Positions 8,476 to 16,983 of a stretch of DNA of 63,715 nt are shown one piece after another (position 1 is the first letter of the stretch; the number at the start of each line of letters is the position of its first letter). A program made the translations under genes and the position numbers. The notes under the pieces are model-generated. The model worked only from the letters and a program-made list of their open reading frames with translations, made no database searches and had not been told where the DNA came from. The stretch comes from Candidatus Komeilibacteria bacterium (GTDB lineage: Bacteria; Patescibacteriota; Patescibacteriia; UBA1558; 2-01-FULL-52-15), in assembly GCA_043801745.1 (NCBI GenBank), contig JAZDLR010000011.1:1-63715 (forward strand), written 5' to 3'.

Positions 8476-8528
8476 TCCTAGAAAATTTTGCTATACTCCC
8501 GTTATAATTATTTAATAATATATTAACT

Positions 8529-8987
8529 ATGAAGATTTACGCTATTATCATCACCATTATTGCTCTTGGCGCCTTAGGCGCTGCAGGATATTTATATTGG
8601 CAGGGCGGAGGCGCGCAGCAGGATCTCAAAGCATGTCAGGATCAGAGTGCCGGATTAGCCCAGGATAAGTCCCAACTGGAGAGCAAATTGACAGACACTA
8701 CCAAGCAGCTGGCCACTATTAGCCATACGACCGCCGTTCTGAAGTCAGCCCTGGGTTCATTCATGTTTGCCGGTGATATTACAGCGCAGACTGTTGGTGC
8801 GCCCGAGGCCATTGCAGTGGAGCAGGTCATTAGCCAGTTGGACGACTCGGCAACCAGAATGCTGGTGACCAAAGACTGGACAGATTTCAAAACAACGAAG
8901 AATCTTAACCCCTTACTGGGATTACTGAGAAATTTGGTTAACAGCCTAAACACCAGTGCTACGCAGAATCAGCCGGCTGCCAATTAG
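8529..8987 (+). CDS. membrane-anchored coiled-coil protein, function unknown
   Basis: N-terminal TM 'IYAIIITIIALGALGAAGYLY' followed by a Q/L-rich helix. Confidence 0.6.
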   Translation: MKIYAIIITIIALGALGAAGYLYWQGGGAQQDLKACQDQSAGLAQDKSQLESKLTDTTKQLATISHTTAVLKSALGSFMFAGDITAQTVGAPEAIAVEQVISQLDDSATRMLVTKDWTDFKTTKNLNPLLGLLRNLVNSLNTSATQNQPAAN

Positions 8988-9026
8988 TGACTATAGATTA
9001 TTGACAAAATACGCTATAATATAGCG

Positions 9027-11534
9027 GTGAAAGTCAAAACCAAAAGTTCAAAACAAAAGTTAGGATTAACATCGCTGGAAGCCAAAATCCGCCTGGCGCA
9101 ATACGGCGAGAATGTTGTGTTCAAAAAAAAGCATCTACGGCCAGTAGTTGCTTTTATTCGCAAGTTTAACAGTCCGCTGCTGCTGGTTTTAATAGCGACT
9201 TCCATTGTATCATTTTTTGTCGGACAAAAGACCAATGGGGTGATTTTGTTGTTCATGGTCATGCTGTCAGCGATTCTTGACTTTGTAAATACTTACCGCT
9301 CGGAAAAAGCCGTGGCCAGTCTGATTGCCAAGGTTGTTACCACGGCCACGGTCTGGCGCGACGGTAAGAAAAAGGAGATCTTGCTAAAAGATATTGTTCC
9401 GGGCGACGTAATTTTCCTGTCTGCCGGCGACATAATACCGGCTGACGGACGCATTCTGGAGAGCGACGACTGTTTCGTTAATCAGTCGGCCCTGACCGGT
9501 GAATCATTTCCGGCCGAGAAGGAGGCGGTTAGTGAGGTAACGCCCGAGGTAATTACGCCGGAGATGAAACAAATCGTTTTCATGGGCACCAGCTTAGTCA
9601 CGGGTTTTGCCACCATGGAGGCCCTGCATACTGGCCAGAAGACGGAATTTGGCAAGATCGCCAGTCAGTTGCAGAAAACGGAATTAGACACGGATTTTGA
9701 TAAAAATATCCGCCGTTTCAGCTTATTCATCATGCGCTTGACCTTATTGATGGTCAGCTTTGTGTTTTTAGTCAACGTTTTGGCGCACCGCGATCTCTTT
9801 ACATCCTTTATTTTTGCCATTGCTATTGCTGTTGGGTTAACGCCGGAACTTCTACCGGTAATAATTTCCATTTCTTTGAGCCGGGGATCAGTTCGCATGG
9901 CTGCTAAAAATGTCATTGTCAAACATTTGCCGGCTATTCAAAATTTCGGCAGCATGGACGTGCTCTGCACTGATAAGACCGGGACTTTAACTAAAGATCA
10001 GATCGAGTTGGTTAAGTATGTAGATATTCATGGACAGGCTTCGGATCAGTTACTGACCTATGCTTACGCTAATAGTTTTTATCATACCGGTGTACAAAAT
10101 CCCTTAGATAGCGCCGTAAAAAATTATAAAAAAATCACATTGACGGCCTATAAAAAAATTGACGAAATTCCCTTTGATTTTCTGCGCCGTAGACAGTCAG
10201 TGGTGGTAGAAACCGGCGGTCAACGGTTATTAATAAGTAAGGGCGCGCCCGAAGAGGTACTGAAAGTCTGCTCGCAATATGAAGATAACGGCCAAGTTAA
10301 AAGCCTTAGTGCTGACGTTTGCCGCCAGGTGACGCAGCAGTTTAAAGATTTATCGCAACAGGGTTTCCGCGTCCTGGGTGTAGCCAGTAAAAAAATAACT
10401 ACTAAGGCCAAAACTTATTCGCATGATCAGGAAGTTGATCTGGTGTTTCAAGGGTTTATTGCCTTTCTCGATCCACCCAAGCCTACAGCCGAAGAAGCCA
10501 TTAAGGAATTGGCGGAATTAGGCATTGAAATTAAAATTTTGACCGGCGACAATGAACTGCTGACGCAGAAAATCTGCCGTGATTTAAAGTTACCGATTAA
10601 AGGCACCTACACTGGCCAGCAATTACTAAAAATGTCCGATGTTCAGCTGCAGCAAGCAGCCATGAAGGCCACCATCTTTGCCCGTGTGACGCCGGACCAG
10701 AAGGAGCGCATTATCACGCTGCTGCGGAAAGGCGGCCGCGTGGTGGGCTATTTGGGTGATGGCATTAATGACGCGCCGGCTCTGAAGGCTGCTGATATTG
10801 GCATTTCTGTTAATAACGCGGTGGACGTGGCCAAAGAATCGGCGGACATAATTTTGCTGCAGAAAAGTTTGCGCGTACTCAAGGACGGTATTATCGAGGG
10901 CCGCCGGACTTTTCATAATTCTATGAAGTACATCATGATGGGTCTGAGCTCTAATTTTGGTAATATGTTTTCTATGATGGGCGCCTCGGCTTTCTTACCT
11001 TTTCTGCCTATGCAACCAACGCAAATTTTGCTTAATAATTTTATTTATGACACGTCACAGCTGTCTTTGTCATCGGATTCTGTTGACGCTGATGATATCA
11101 GGAAGCCTACTGCCTGGAATATGAAATTTATCCGTCTGTATATGATTGTTTTTGGTTTAGTCAGCTCGGTTTTTGATTTTCTGACCTTTGGCCTGTTGTA
11201 TTTAATTTTCCATCTGACCGAAAGTCAATTTCAGACCGGTTGGTTTATTGAATCAATTGCCACACAGGTTTTCGTCATATATGTTATCCGCACCAGGAAA
11301 ATTCCTTTTCTCCAGAGCCGTCCCAGTATGTTATTGCTGATTAATACACTGTTGGCTGTGGTTATTGCCTGGACGCTGCAGTTTACGCCGCTTGGCGCTT
11401 ACTTTGGCTTACAGCGGTTGCCGTTTATAATTTTGGCTTTAATTTTCTTCTTGGTTATGGTTTATCTGGTACTGGTGCAGTTTACCAAACAATTATTTTA
11501 TAGAAAATTTAAGTTGGGCATGCGGCGGTTATAA
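9027..11534 (+). CDS. mgtA: magnesium-importing P-type ATPase
   Basis: 'CTDKTGTLTKDQI', 'TPDQKERIITLLRKGGRVVGYLGDGINDAPALKAADIGISV' and 'IIEGRRTFHNSMKYI' closely parallel MgtA. GTG start. Confidence 0.85.
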   Translation: MKVKTKSSKQKLGLTSLEAKIRLAQYGENVVFKKKHLRPVVAFIRKFNSPLLLVLIATSIVSFFVGQKTNGVILLFMVMLSAILDFVNTYRSEKAVASLIAKVVTTATVWRDGKKKEILLKDIVPGDVIFLSAGDIIPADGRILESDDCFVNQSALTGESFPAEKEAVSEVTPEVITPEMKQIVFMGTSLVTGFATMEALHTGQKTEFGKIASQLQKTELDTDFDKNIRRFSLFIMRLTLLMVSFVFLVNVLAHRDLFTSFIFAIAIAVGLTPELLPVIISISLSRGSVRMAAKNVIVKHLPAIQNFGSMDVLCTDKTGTLTKDQIELVKYVDIHGQASDQLLTYAYANSFYHTGVQNPLDSAVKNYKKITLTAYKKIDEIPFDFLRRRQSVVVETGGQRLLISKGAPEEVLKVCSQYEDNGQVKSLSADVCRQVTQQFKDLSQQGFRVLGVASKKITTKAKTYSHDQEVDLVFQGFIAFLDPPKPTAEEAIKELAELGIEIKILTGDNELLTQKICRDLKLPIKGTYTGQQLLKMSDVQLQQAAMKATIFARVTPDQKERIITLLRKGGRVVGYLGDGINDAPALKAADIGISVNNAVDVAKESADIILLQKSLRVLKDGIIEGRRTFHNSMKYIMMGLSSNFGNMFSMMGASAFLPFLPMQPTQILLNNFIYDTSQLSLSSDSVDADDIRKPTAWNMKFIRLYMIVFGLVSSVFDFLTFGLLYLIFHLTESQFQTGWFIESIATQVFVIYVIRTRKIPFLQSRPSMLLLINTLLAVVIAWTLQFTPLGAYFGLQRLPFIILALIFFLVMVYLVLVQFTKQLFYRKFKLGMRRL

Positions 11535-11550
11535 TTATTGCGGTGATCGG

Positions 11551-11608
11551 ACAAAAAGAAAAACCGAGGCAGCCACTCTACGCGTGTTGCGTAGAATACT
11601 TACCTCGG
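11551..11608 (-). terminator. rho-independent terminator closing the high-GC island operon
   Basis: On the minus strand, a CCGAGG...CCTCGG compound hairpin (inner stem TCTACGC/GCGTAGA) is followed by TTTTTCTTTTTG. Confidence 0.65.
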
Positions 11609-11637
11609 TTGATGCCGAAACTATCAGTCCCGGGTGA

Positions 11638-11835
11638 TTAGTCCTTCTCGAACAGAATGGTCGACAGGCAGTGAGTCCCAAATCGGCTTTCGGGATCCGC
11701 TGGCTTGATCGCTGTAGAAACAGAGATCGCCCGCCACCCGTTTGCTCGGCAGCTAGCGAGAGTTTCGCTCAGAGCCAGAGCATGGCTGCGCGGAGCAGGA
11801 TCTTCACCTACAAGTACTATCGTCTGCTCTTTCAT
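11638..11835 (-). CDS. small hypothetical protein (possibly DUF4177-like)
   Basis: 65 aa; SD GAAGGGAGG. The 'GWRAISVS...ILFEKD' pattern resembles DUF4177, a recollection I cannot verify. High GC. Confidence 0.6.
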   Translation of the reverse strand: MKEQTIVLVGEDPAPRSHALALSETLASCRANGWRAISVSTAIKPADPESRFGTHCLSTILFEKD

Positions 11836-11866
11836 GACACCTCCCTTCGTTGGCCACGTTTGACGG

Positions 11867-12700
11867 CTAGCCGATTGAGACCTTGACGTCCTCTTGGTAC
11901 TGCTCTCTTTGCAGCGGTGGGTCTGACGGCCAGTGCTTGATGACGTCCTCGATCATACCAAGTGCAGTGCTGAAGTCGGCGTAAACCGACTGGATGCCCG
12001 CACTTAAGCACAAGGGGTCGCCATCTTCGCCGACAAAGGACACGCTCCACTCGTTGCAGTACAGCCGGCCATCTTTCTCGTAGTAGCTTTCCTGGCTGCT
12101 GTCGATGCGTCGGGCAAAGGTAAACATGATACGCCCGGCAGTTATGAATGTGCGCAGTTCGGTTTCGCCGAACTTACCGCTCATTCCGCGTTTGGTGCAC
12201 TTGTCAATCATCTCGCCCAAGCCCTGGCGGTAAACTAACCGCAGGAACTTGTCAAAGGTCTGTTGGAGAACATACCTTTGAGCGTTGCAGTACGTGTCAA
12301 TCTTGTGTTCAATCCAGTCCAGTCCTGTTACTTCTCGCAACATAAAGCCGAGCGTTGTCTGAACAGCCGAGACCTGGTCAAGAAGGTTGCTCGCTCCGAG
12401 GTCGGTGATGTTCGGGACGTCGTATCCGGCCTCGACTTCGTACTCCAGACGAAAACGAGCCGTCTCACTGTCCGTTCCCATTCTCAGTTGCTCGAAGGCA
12501 CTCACCATCAACTCAGGAAGGTGCGGCTCAATCCGCCAGAAGTCGTATTTCCGGTCGCTCGGAATGTCTAGCTTTCCGAGGTAGAAGATGAGGAAGTTGG
12601 CGAATGCTCGTTGCCCCTTCCAGCTGACTCCGCCACCTCGATCAGTACCGCCCCGTACAAGAAACTGTCTTAAGGCATTGATCAAGTCTTTCTTGTGCAT
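11867..12700 (-). CDS. hypothetical protein, 277 aa (ORFan)
   Basis: Longest ORF in the island. The SD region CAACGAAGGGAG is shared with the downstream gene. I recognise no motif. Confidence 0.7.
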   Translation of the reverse strand: MHKKDLINALRQFLVRGGTDRGGGVSWKGQRAFANFLIFYLGKLDIPSDRKYDFWRIEPHLPELMVSAFEQLRMGTDSETARFRLEYEVEAGYDVPNITDLGASNLLDQVSAVQTTLGFMLREVTGLDWIEHKIDTYCNAQRYVLQQTFDKFLRLVYRQGLGEMIDKCTKRGMSGKFGETELRTFITAGRIMFTFARRIDSSQESYYEKDGRLYCNEWSVSFVGEDGDPLCLSAGIQSVYADFSTALGMIEDVIKHWPSDPPLQREQYQEDVKVSIG

Positions 12701-12765
12701 CTGCTGCTCCCTTCGTTGACCGTGTTTGAGACGCTGAGCGTCCTGTCGCTGTCAGAAGTTGATCA

Positions 12766-13158
12766 TCACGGCCGGAGCCAGGTGGTTCCTCTGAACACAG
12801 CCTGACACGGGCACGGACAGTCAAAGGGTTCGATGAACACCTCCAGCAGAATTGACTTGGCCGAAAGCTCTGCCGAATGCCAAGTCACCCACTGCTCCAG
12901 AACCTGGATTACCGCTGCGGCAACCCGGTTGAGTACCACCTGGGTCCGCTTTTCCCGCCAGAGCAGGCCCACGAAGTTAACAACGATGACTTCAGTTTCG
13001 CCTGGCTGCACCTGAGTGCGAACCAGAAATGGCGAAACGTCGTTCGGGACAATCTCGAGCTCCCGAACGGATGACACGCCGTGCTTGAGACCGGCAATCA
13101 ACTCCTGCTCACTGGCTGAGTCCAGCGGCGGCAGTCCCATAACTTGAAGTACGGGCAT
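12766..13158 (-). CDS. hypothetical protein, 130 aa (possible tautomerase-fold, Pro1)
   Basis: I use the internal ATG at 13158, which has an AAAGGAG SD. 'MPVLQVMG...SEQELIAGL' resembles the 4-OT/MIF N-terminus (Met-Pro). This is speculative. Confidence 0.55.
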   Translation of the reverse strand: MPVLQVMGLPPLDSASEQELIAGLKHGVSSVRELEIVPNDVSPFLVRTQVQPGETEVIVVNFVGLLWREKRTQVVLNRVAAAVIQVLEQWVTWHSAELSAKSILLEVFIEPFDCPCPCQAVFRGTTWLRP

Positions 13159-13189
13159 TCTTCGCTCCTTTCTAAATGTTGAGGAATAT

Positions 13190-13573
13190 TTACCTCGCTG
13201 ACAACAGTTCGGGTTTGAGCTGCTTCGTTCTGACGTACTCACCGTGCCGATATTTTTCCTCGGACACGGAGCGGTAGACGACAACGGCCGACTTTCTTTC
13301 CTTGAACTGGTCGTAAATCTCCTTGCTGTCGACAGTGAATTTTAGTCCATCATTTGTCGTGAACTCTGTTTCGAAGCTAGCAGGATGATACCGCGGAACG
13401 GGAATTATACTGTTGTGTGGTGCAGTGTAATTCACCGTCACCTGAGCCGACGCTGTTTCCTCATGGCCGTAAATCTTGACGTATTTCGTATAAATCTTCT
13501 GATCCACCACGTAGTAGATCAGAGTCAAAGCCACAAGGATCTCGGCTACAAACGCAATGTGCTTACCTTTCAT
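13190..13573 (-). CDS. membrane-anchored hypothetical protein, 127 aa
   Basis: SD GGAGG; N-terminal TM 'IAFVAEILVALTLIYYVV'. Confidence 0.7.
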   Translation of the reverse strand: MKGKHIAFVAEILVALTLIYYVVDQKIYTKYVKIYGHEETASAQVTVNYTAPHNSIIPVPRYHPASFETEFTTNDGLKFTVDSKEIYDQFKERKSAVVVYRSVSEEKYRHGEYVRTKQLKPELLSAR

Positions 13574-13676
13574 TTCACGCCTCCGTGTCAGTCCAGCTTA
13601 CGCAGGTTATATCGAAAGAAACATAGGGACTTTCCCTTGTTTCTTGCTTTTAAATTGTAAAGAACGTGATCAGCTT

Positions 13677-13703
13677 AAGTTCTTTAATCTAGTTAAAGAA
13701 CTT
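13677..13703. promoter_or_regulatory. perfect 27-bp palindrome (operator-like)
   Basis: AAGTTCTTTAA-tctag-TTAAAGAACTT with 11-bp perfect arms. It lies between the hairpin ending the upstream operon (13712-13743) and the start of the 13573 operon. Confidence 0.5.
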
Positions 13704-13764
13704 GAGTTGATCCCCGAACCCATGCATGAGCACAGGCTCGGGGATGATCGAGAGGCTGCCGCAG

Positions 13765-14079
13765 CTACGGCACAACCGTAACCAACAGCCACTGGAGCGA
13801 AACGCCTTCGGGCAGTCTGTCTGATCCTGGCGGCAGGTGTCCGTGAAATCGGCCGACAAGCGCGATGTCACCCGGCACCATGGTAACGTACTCGGGATGA
13901 GCACGAACCTGAAGGCCAAGTTCGTTGCCATACACGGCCGCCACATCCCGGTTGCTGATCACTGGCTCGAGGTTGGCCTGGGCCATGATGCGCGCCTGAC
14001 CCGAAGTCACCTCCTCAACCACAATTGAGGCCGGGAACTTACGGATCATGCTGAGGTCAAAGCTATCCAGTAACAGCAT
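13765..14079 (-). CDS. hypothetical protein, 104 aa (possibly DUF1874/viral B116-like)
   Basis: SD AAGGAGGG. 'MLLLDSFDLSMIRKFPASIVVEEV...' resembles my recollection of the DUF1874 N-terminus. Unverified. Confidence 0.6.
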   Translation of the reverse strand: MLLLDSFDLSMIRKFPASIVVEEVTSGQARIMAQANLEPVISNRDVAAVYGNELGLQVRAHPEYVTMVPGDIALVGRFHGHLPPGSDRLPEGVSLQWLLVTVVP

Positions 14080-14108
14080 GTGTCCCTCCTTTAGCCGTAA
14101 AAGCTGGG

Positions 14109-14276
14109 TTACTTCTTCTGGGCCTTGATGGCTTCAACGATCTGTGATGTTGCCAGCCCGATAAGGCAGGCTAAGGAAAACAGGGCAAACGTCAATGCTG
14201 CCCCATATTCCTTACAGTCAAGGAAATAGCCGGAACAAATGGCACAGAGAACGCCAAGGATAACGAATAGAATCAT
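14109..14276 (-). CDS. 55-aa two-TM membrane protein
   Basis: I use the internal ATG at 14276, which has an AAGGAGG SD immediately after the upstream stop. Sequence starts 'MILFVILGVLCAICSGYF...FALFSLACLIGLA'. Confidence 0.6.
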   Translation of the reverse strand: MILFVILGVLCAICSGYFLDCKEYGAALTFALFSLACLIGLATSQIVEAIKAQKK

Positions 14277-14289
14277 GGAGGCCTCCTTG

Positions 14290-14694
14290 CTACAGGTTGT
14301 CCTGCAGCGGCTTGAGCTTCCGGGTCTTGACCCAGAGACTCGCGAGCAGAAGTGCAAAACCGGCAACGGTGAATCCGCCGACGCGCAGCGCGCCAACGGT
14401 TTCATCCCCGGACCATCTGAACATGTCGACGAGTCCCGCGACAAAGGCGCAGAACGCGGCGATCAGCAAAAGGCTGAAGAGTATTCCGAAAAAGATCTTC
14501 TTGAGCACGATCGGGTTTTTCAGGTGTTCGAGCAAGTAGGTCAGGGCCAGAATGAGCGCACAGCCGGCTGCTGCCAGCAATGCGTACAAACTTTCGGGCC
14601 ACAGACCCTGCATTTCCAGGAACATTGCCATGTTAATTCCAGTGACAGCTCCAAAGACCAGGATGATACGCAGGTATTTGACTGGTTTATTCAT
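14290..14694 (-). CDS. 134-aa four-TM membrane protein
   Basis: Four hydrophobic helices. Plus-strand track ORFs overlapping this region lack SDs and sensible composition. Confidence 0.7.
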   Translation of the reverse strand: MNKPVKYLRIILVFGAVTGINMAMFLEMQGLWPESLYALLAAAGCALILALTYLLEHLKNPIVLKKIFFGILFSLLLIAAFCAFVAGLVDMFRWSGDETVGALRVGGFTVAGFALLLASLWVKTRKLKPLQDNL

Positions 14695-14777
14695 CCTACC
14701 CTTCCATTCAGACGCGTCCCTAAGGGAGCGTCAGTTGTAATGAACTTGTTGGGCCGATTCATGAATCGGCCGTACGA

Positions 14778-14848
14778 ACCTACCTGAACACATCAATTCT
14801 GAAGCTATAACTTTTTCTATACTTAGACAGTTGGTGTGTTCGGGCAGG
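14778..14848 (-). repeat. conserved intergenic hairpin element, copy 1
   Basis: The 65-nt core (14778-14842) matches 16619-16683 at 58 of 65 positions, and the first 37 nt are identical. On minus-strand RNA the outer stem is CCUGCC/GGUAGG and the inner stem is GAACACA/UGUGUUC. Confidence 0.7.
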
Positions 14849-14900
14849 ACCCCAACCGAAGTTGGGGCTGTAATGAGGGGAAATACGAGGATCTGGGGGA

Positions 14901-15287
14901 TTACCGCTTGAATGTTGAATCGGCAGTGACGATCCAGAGTGCGTCGTCATGGTGAATGCCGTTGGAGTTGAGCTCGTAGGCGAGCTCCGCGGTTTTCACC
15001 ATTTGCCCTGCCGTAAAATTGGCAGGCAAGCGCACTTTGGCATTAAACATCATGCCATCGCTGCGACGCTGTACGACAACGAAGCCAATTCCAATGGCAG
15101 GAAATTCGGTAACCGTAGCGTCTTTGACCATCAAGGTGTCGCCGAACGACACTTTGAAGCTCTTGAATGTGATGGAGTCGCGAAACTCCTTCACAAAGTC
15201 TGCATCGGTGCGGGTATCCGGGGCGCAGCCAACGATGGCCGACAGACAAACTACCACGGTAATGATCAGAACCCAAAACTTCCTCAT
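14901..15287 (-). CDS. lipoprotein, 128 aa, function unknown
   Basis: Signal peptide with lipobox 'AIVGC'. Confidence 0.7.
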   Translation of the reverse strand: MRKFWVLIITVVVCLSAIVGCAPDTRTDADFVKEFRDSITFKSFKVSFGDTLMVKDATVTEFPAIGIGFVVVQRRSDGMMFNAKVRLPANFTAGQMVKTAELAYELNSNGIHHDDALWIVTADSTFKR

Positions 15288-15349
15288 TTTTCCCTTTCTT
15301 TAGGCTCAACCCTTTGGGCGAGCCGGTTGGAATGTACCTTGTCTTTCTA

Positions 15350-15392
15350 GACCTACCTAAATCTATAATTGAATTACAGACTTGGGTAGATC
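15350..15392 (-). repeat. conserved intergenic hairpin element, short copy 3
   Basis: On the minus strand, GAUCUACC...GGUAGGUC forms an 8-bp stem including a G.U pair. It shares the GGATCTAC and AGGTAGGTCTAG ends with copy 2 and follows hairpin 15392-15422. Confidence 0.55.
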
Positions 15393-15448
15393 CGGCAGCA
15401 CTTCACATTGAAGCACTGCCGGGGTAAAACGTGTCGGACAATTCATGG

Positions 15449-15976
15449 TCAGTCATCGCCCCAGATCTTGACTGCGAAAATAGCCAGCACCAGAAGAAGA
15501 CCCGTTGCCAGCCAGCCAAGCTGGAAGAGCCACTGCAGCGGGAACACAGTGATGTGTTGCGGCTCCGTCACAGTGACGCTCTGACCTTCGTCAATCAACG
15601 TCTGTCTGATCTTGATCAGGGCGTTGTCCTTTTCCAGCTGGGTCAGAGACCCAGAACCTGACTGGGAACGCTCGATGATCTCACTGGCCGTTTTCAGTGC
15701 CCTCTTCATTTTCCGGTACCAGATGCCCACATCATTACTGGGAGTCTGCCAGAAATAGGCTGAATTTCCTGCAGTAAGCCCATGGGCATCCGCATAGGAA
15801 ACGGCCTTGGTCAGAAACTCTTCAGCCATTTCCACGCTGGGGGCATCTGCCGCCAGCTTCAGGTAATCCTGACAGCCTGTCTTGTAGTCCTTCCAGCGGC
15901 TGCAACTGCTGATCCCCATAAGCAGTAACATGCCCATGGTCAGGAGAATCAGAACAACCGCGGTAAACCCTTTCAT
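15449..15976 (-). CDS. lipoprotein/bitopic membrane protein, 175 aa
   Basis: SD AAGGAGG; lipobox 'GISSC'; C-terminal TM 'LGWLATGLLLVLAIFAV'. Confidence 0.7.
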   Translation of the reverse strand: MKGFTAVVLILLTMGMLLLMGISSCSRWKDYKTGCQDYLKLAADAPSVEMAEEFLTKAVSYADAHGLTAGNSAYFWQTPSNDVGIWYRKMKRALKTASEIIERSQSGSGSLTQLEKDNALIKIRQTLIDEGQSVTVTEPQHITVFPLQWLFQLGWLATGLLLVLAIFAVKIWGDD

Positions 15977-16182
15977 TGATTGCCTCCTTGAGTGAGATGT
16001 ATGAACCGTTGGCTAGGATAAACAGATATGACAACAACCATACTGCCGAGTATGGTGGGATTGTATTGTCCGATAATGGTAAGGAACTGGTACTTCTAAG
16101 CGCTCGAACCCAAAAGGGCTAAAACGCTTAGAAGTACCCCCATCCAAGTGCGGATGGGGGACCACTCTGTACCCGCAGCAGC

Positions 16183-16368
16183 CTAGCAGACTGCCATGGC
16201 CGTGGGCTGACGCTCCGGCGTACGCTCCACCGGCGCTGCGACCTCAATGATCGCGTTGCCGTTCGGAGCCAGGAAGTGATAGACCTCTTCCTGATCCTGT
16301 GTGCCGCAGGCAACCAGGGGCAGGCCGCTGGCCTTCAGGGTCTCGATGGCCTTGTGGATCTGGTTCAT
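16183..16368 (-). CDS. 61-aa hypothetical protein
   Basis: SD CAGGAGG 7 nt upstream of the ATG; preceded by a ~250-nt structured leader. Confidence 0.55.
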   Translation of the reverse strand: MNQIHKAIETLKASGLPLVACGTQDQEEVYHFLAPNGNAIIEVAAPVERTPERQPTAMAVC

Positions 16369-16617
16369 TTCTTGACCTCCTGTTAAGGACGCCGTATTTC
16401 GGGGTATCAGAGTGGAAGGATTCCACCCACACTACTGAAGATCTCCCTGCCGAAGCAAGGTAGAGGGGCTTTACAATCGAGCAAGCTCGAAATTGTGCCA
16501 GAAAGTATTATTTCGGAAGCAATTAGATGACTCCAATTAGAATCCAGAATTAATACTTCCATAGATCTTCATGAGTGTGGATGGAAACAGTTGTAAGTTG
16601 AAAGTTGTAAGGAACTA

Positions 16618-16691
16618 GACCTACCTGAACACATCAATTCTGAAGCTATAACTTTATTTTTACTTAGACATTGTCTGTGTTCGAGTAGATC
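16618..16691 (-). repeat. conserved intergenic hairpin element, copy 2
   Basis: On minus-strand RNA the outer stem is GAUCUAC/GUAGGUC (one G.U pair) and the inner stem is GAACACA/UGUGUUC. It follows the 11-bp-stem hairpin CCCGAGCATCC/GGATGCTCGGG (about 16693-16727). Confidence 0.7.
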
Positions 16692-16759
16692 CCCGAGCAT
16701 CCGTGGAAGATCTTTGGATGCTCGGGATAATTTTGGAGGGGAGTGGGCGACTTACAGAA

Positions 16760-16936
16760 TCAGCGATTCTTCGCGTACGTGATATAGGAACCGATCGCCA
16801 GTAGTCCACAAAACACGGCGAAGGCCCAGCACAGGCTGACGTAAAAAGACTTGGATGGCTGCATGAGTAGTGCAGCCAGAACGCACAGCGCTGCGAGTAT
16901 GTTCAGTACAAAGCCCAGAACGAAGTCTCTGACCAT
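16760..16936 (-). CDS. 58-aa two-TM membrane protein (not in ORF track)
   Basis: My own translation is MVRDFVLGFVLNILAALCVLAALLMQPSKSFYVSLCWAFAVFCGLLAIGSYITYAKNR. GGGAGA SD. It replaces the implausible track ORF 16752..16955, which is in another frame. Confidence 0.6.
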   Translation of the reverse strand: MVRDFVLGFVLNILAALCVLAALLMQPSKSFYVSLCWAFAVFCGLLAIGSYITYAKNR

Positions 16937-16983
16937 ATGTAGTCTCCCATGGCACTTCCTTCCGGATTGCCGTTAAAAGAATT

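Noticed and set aside
14786-14801. Short ORFs starting MCSGR (20-21 aa) inside repeat copies 1 and 2, as possible leader peptides
   Set aside because: They have no SD. Only the first five codons are shared, because those codons lie in the conserved nucleotide block, and the downstream sequences are unrelated.
12148-15350. Plus-strand track ORFs inside the high-GC island (for example 12263..12571, 14239..14787, 14949..15350, 15019..15303)
   Set aside because: They are antisense to SD-led minus-strand genes whose products have coherent TM or lipobox features. Long spurious ORFs of this kind are expected in GC-rich DNA.
14778-16683. Diversity-generating retroelement TR/VR pair
   Set aside because: The 7 mismatches between the 65-nt copies are not adenine-specific. 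The repeats are intergenic, and there is no reverse transcriptase.
16752-16955. Track ORF of 67 aa on the minus strand (MPWETTYGQRLRSG...)
   Set aside because: It has no SD and an Arg/Ser/Thr-rich, implausible composition. A different minus-strand frame gives an SD-led 58-aa two-TM protein (16760..16936) that resembles its neighbours.
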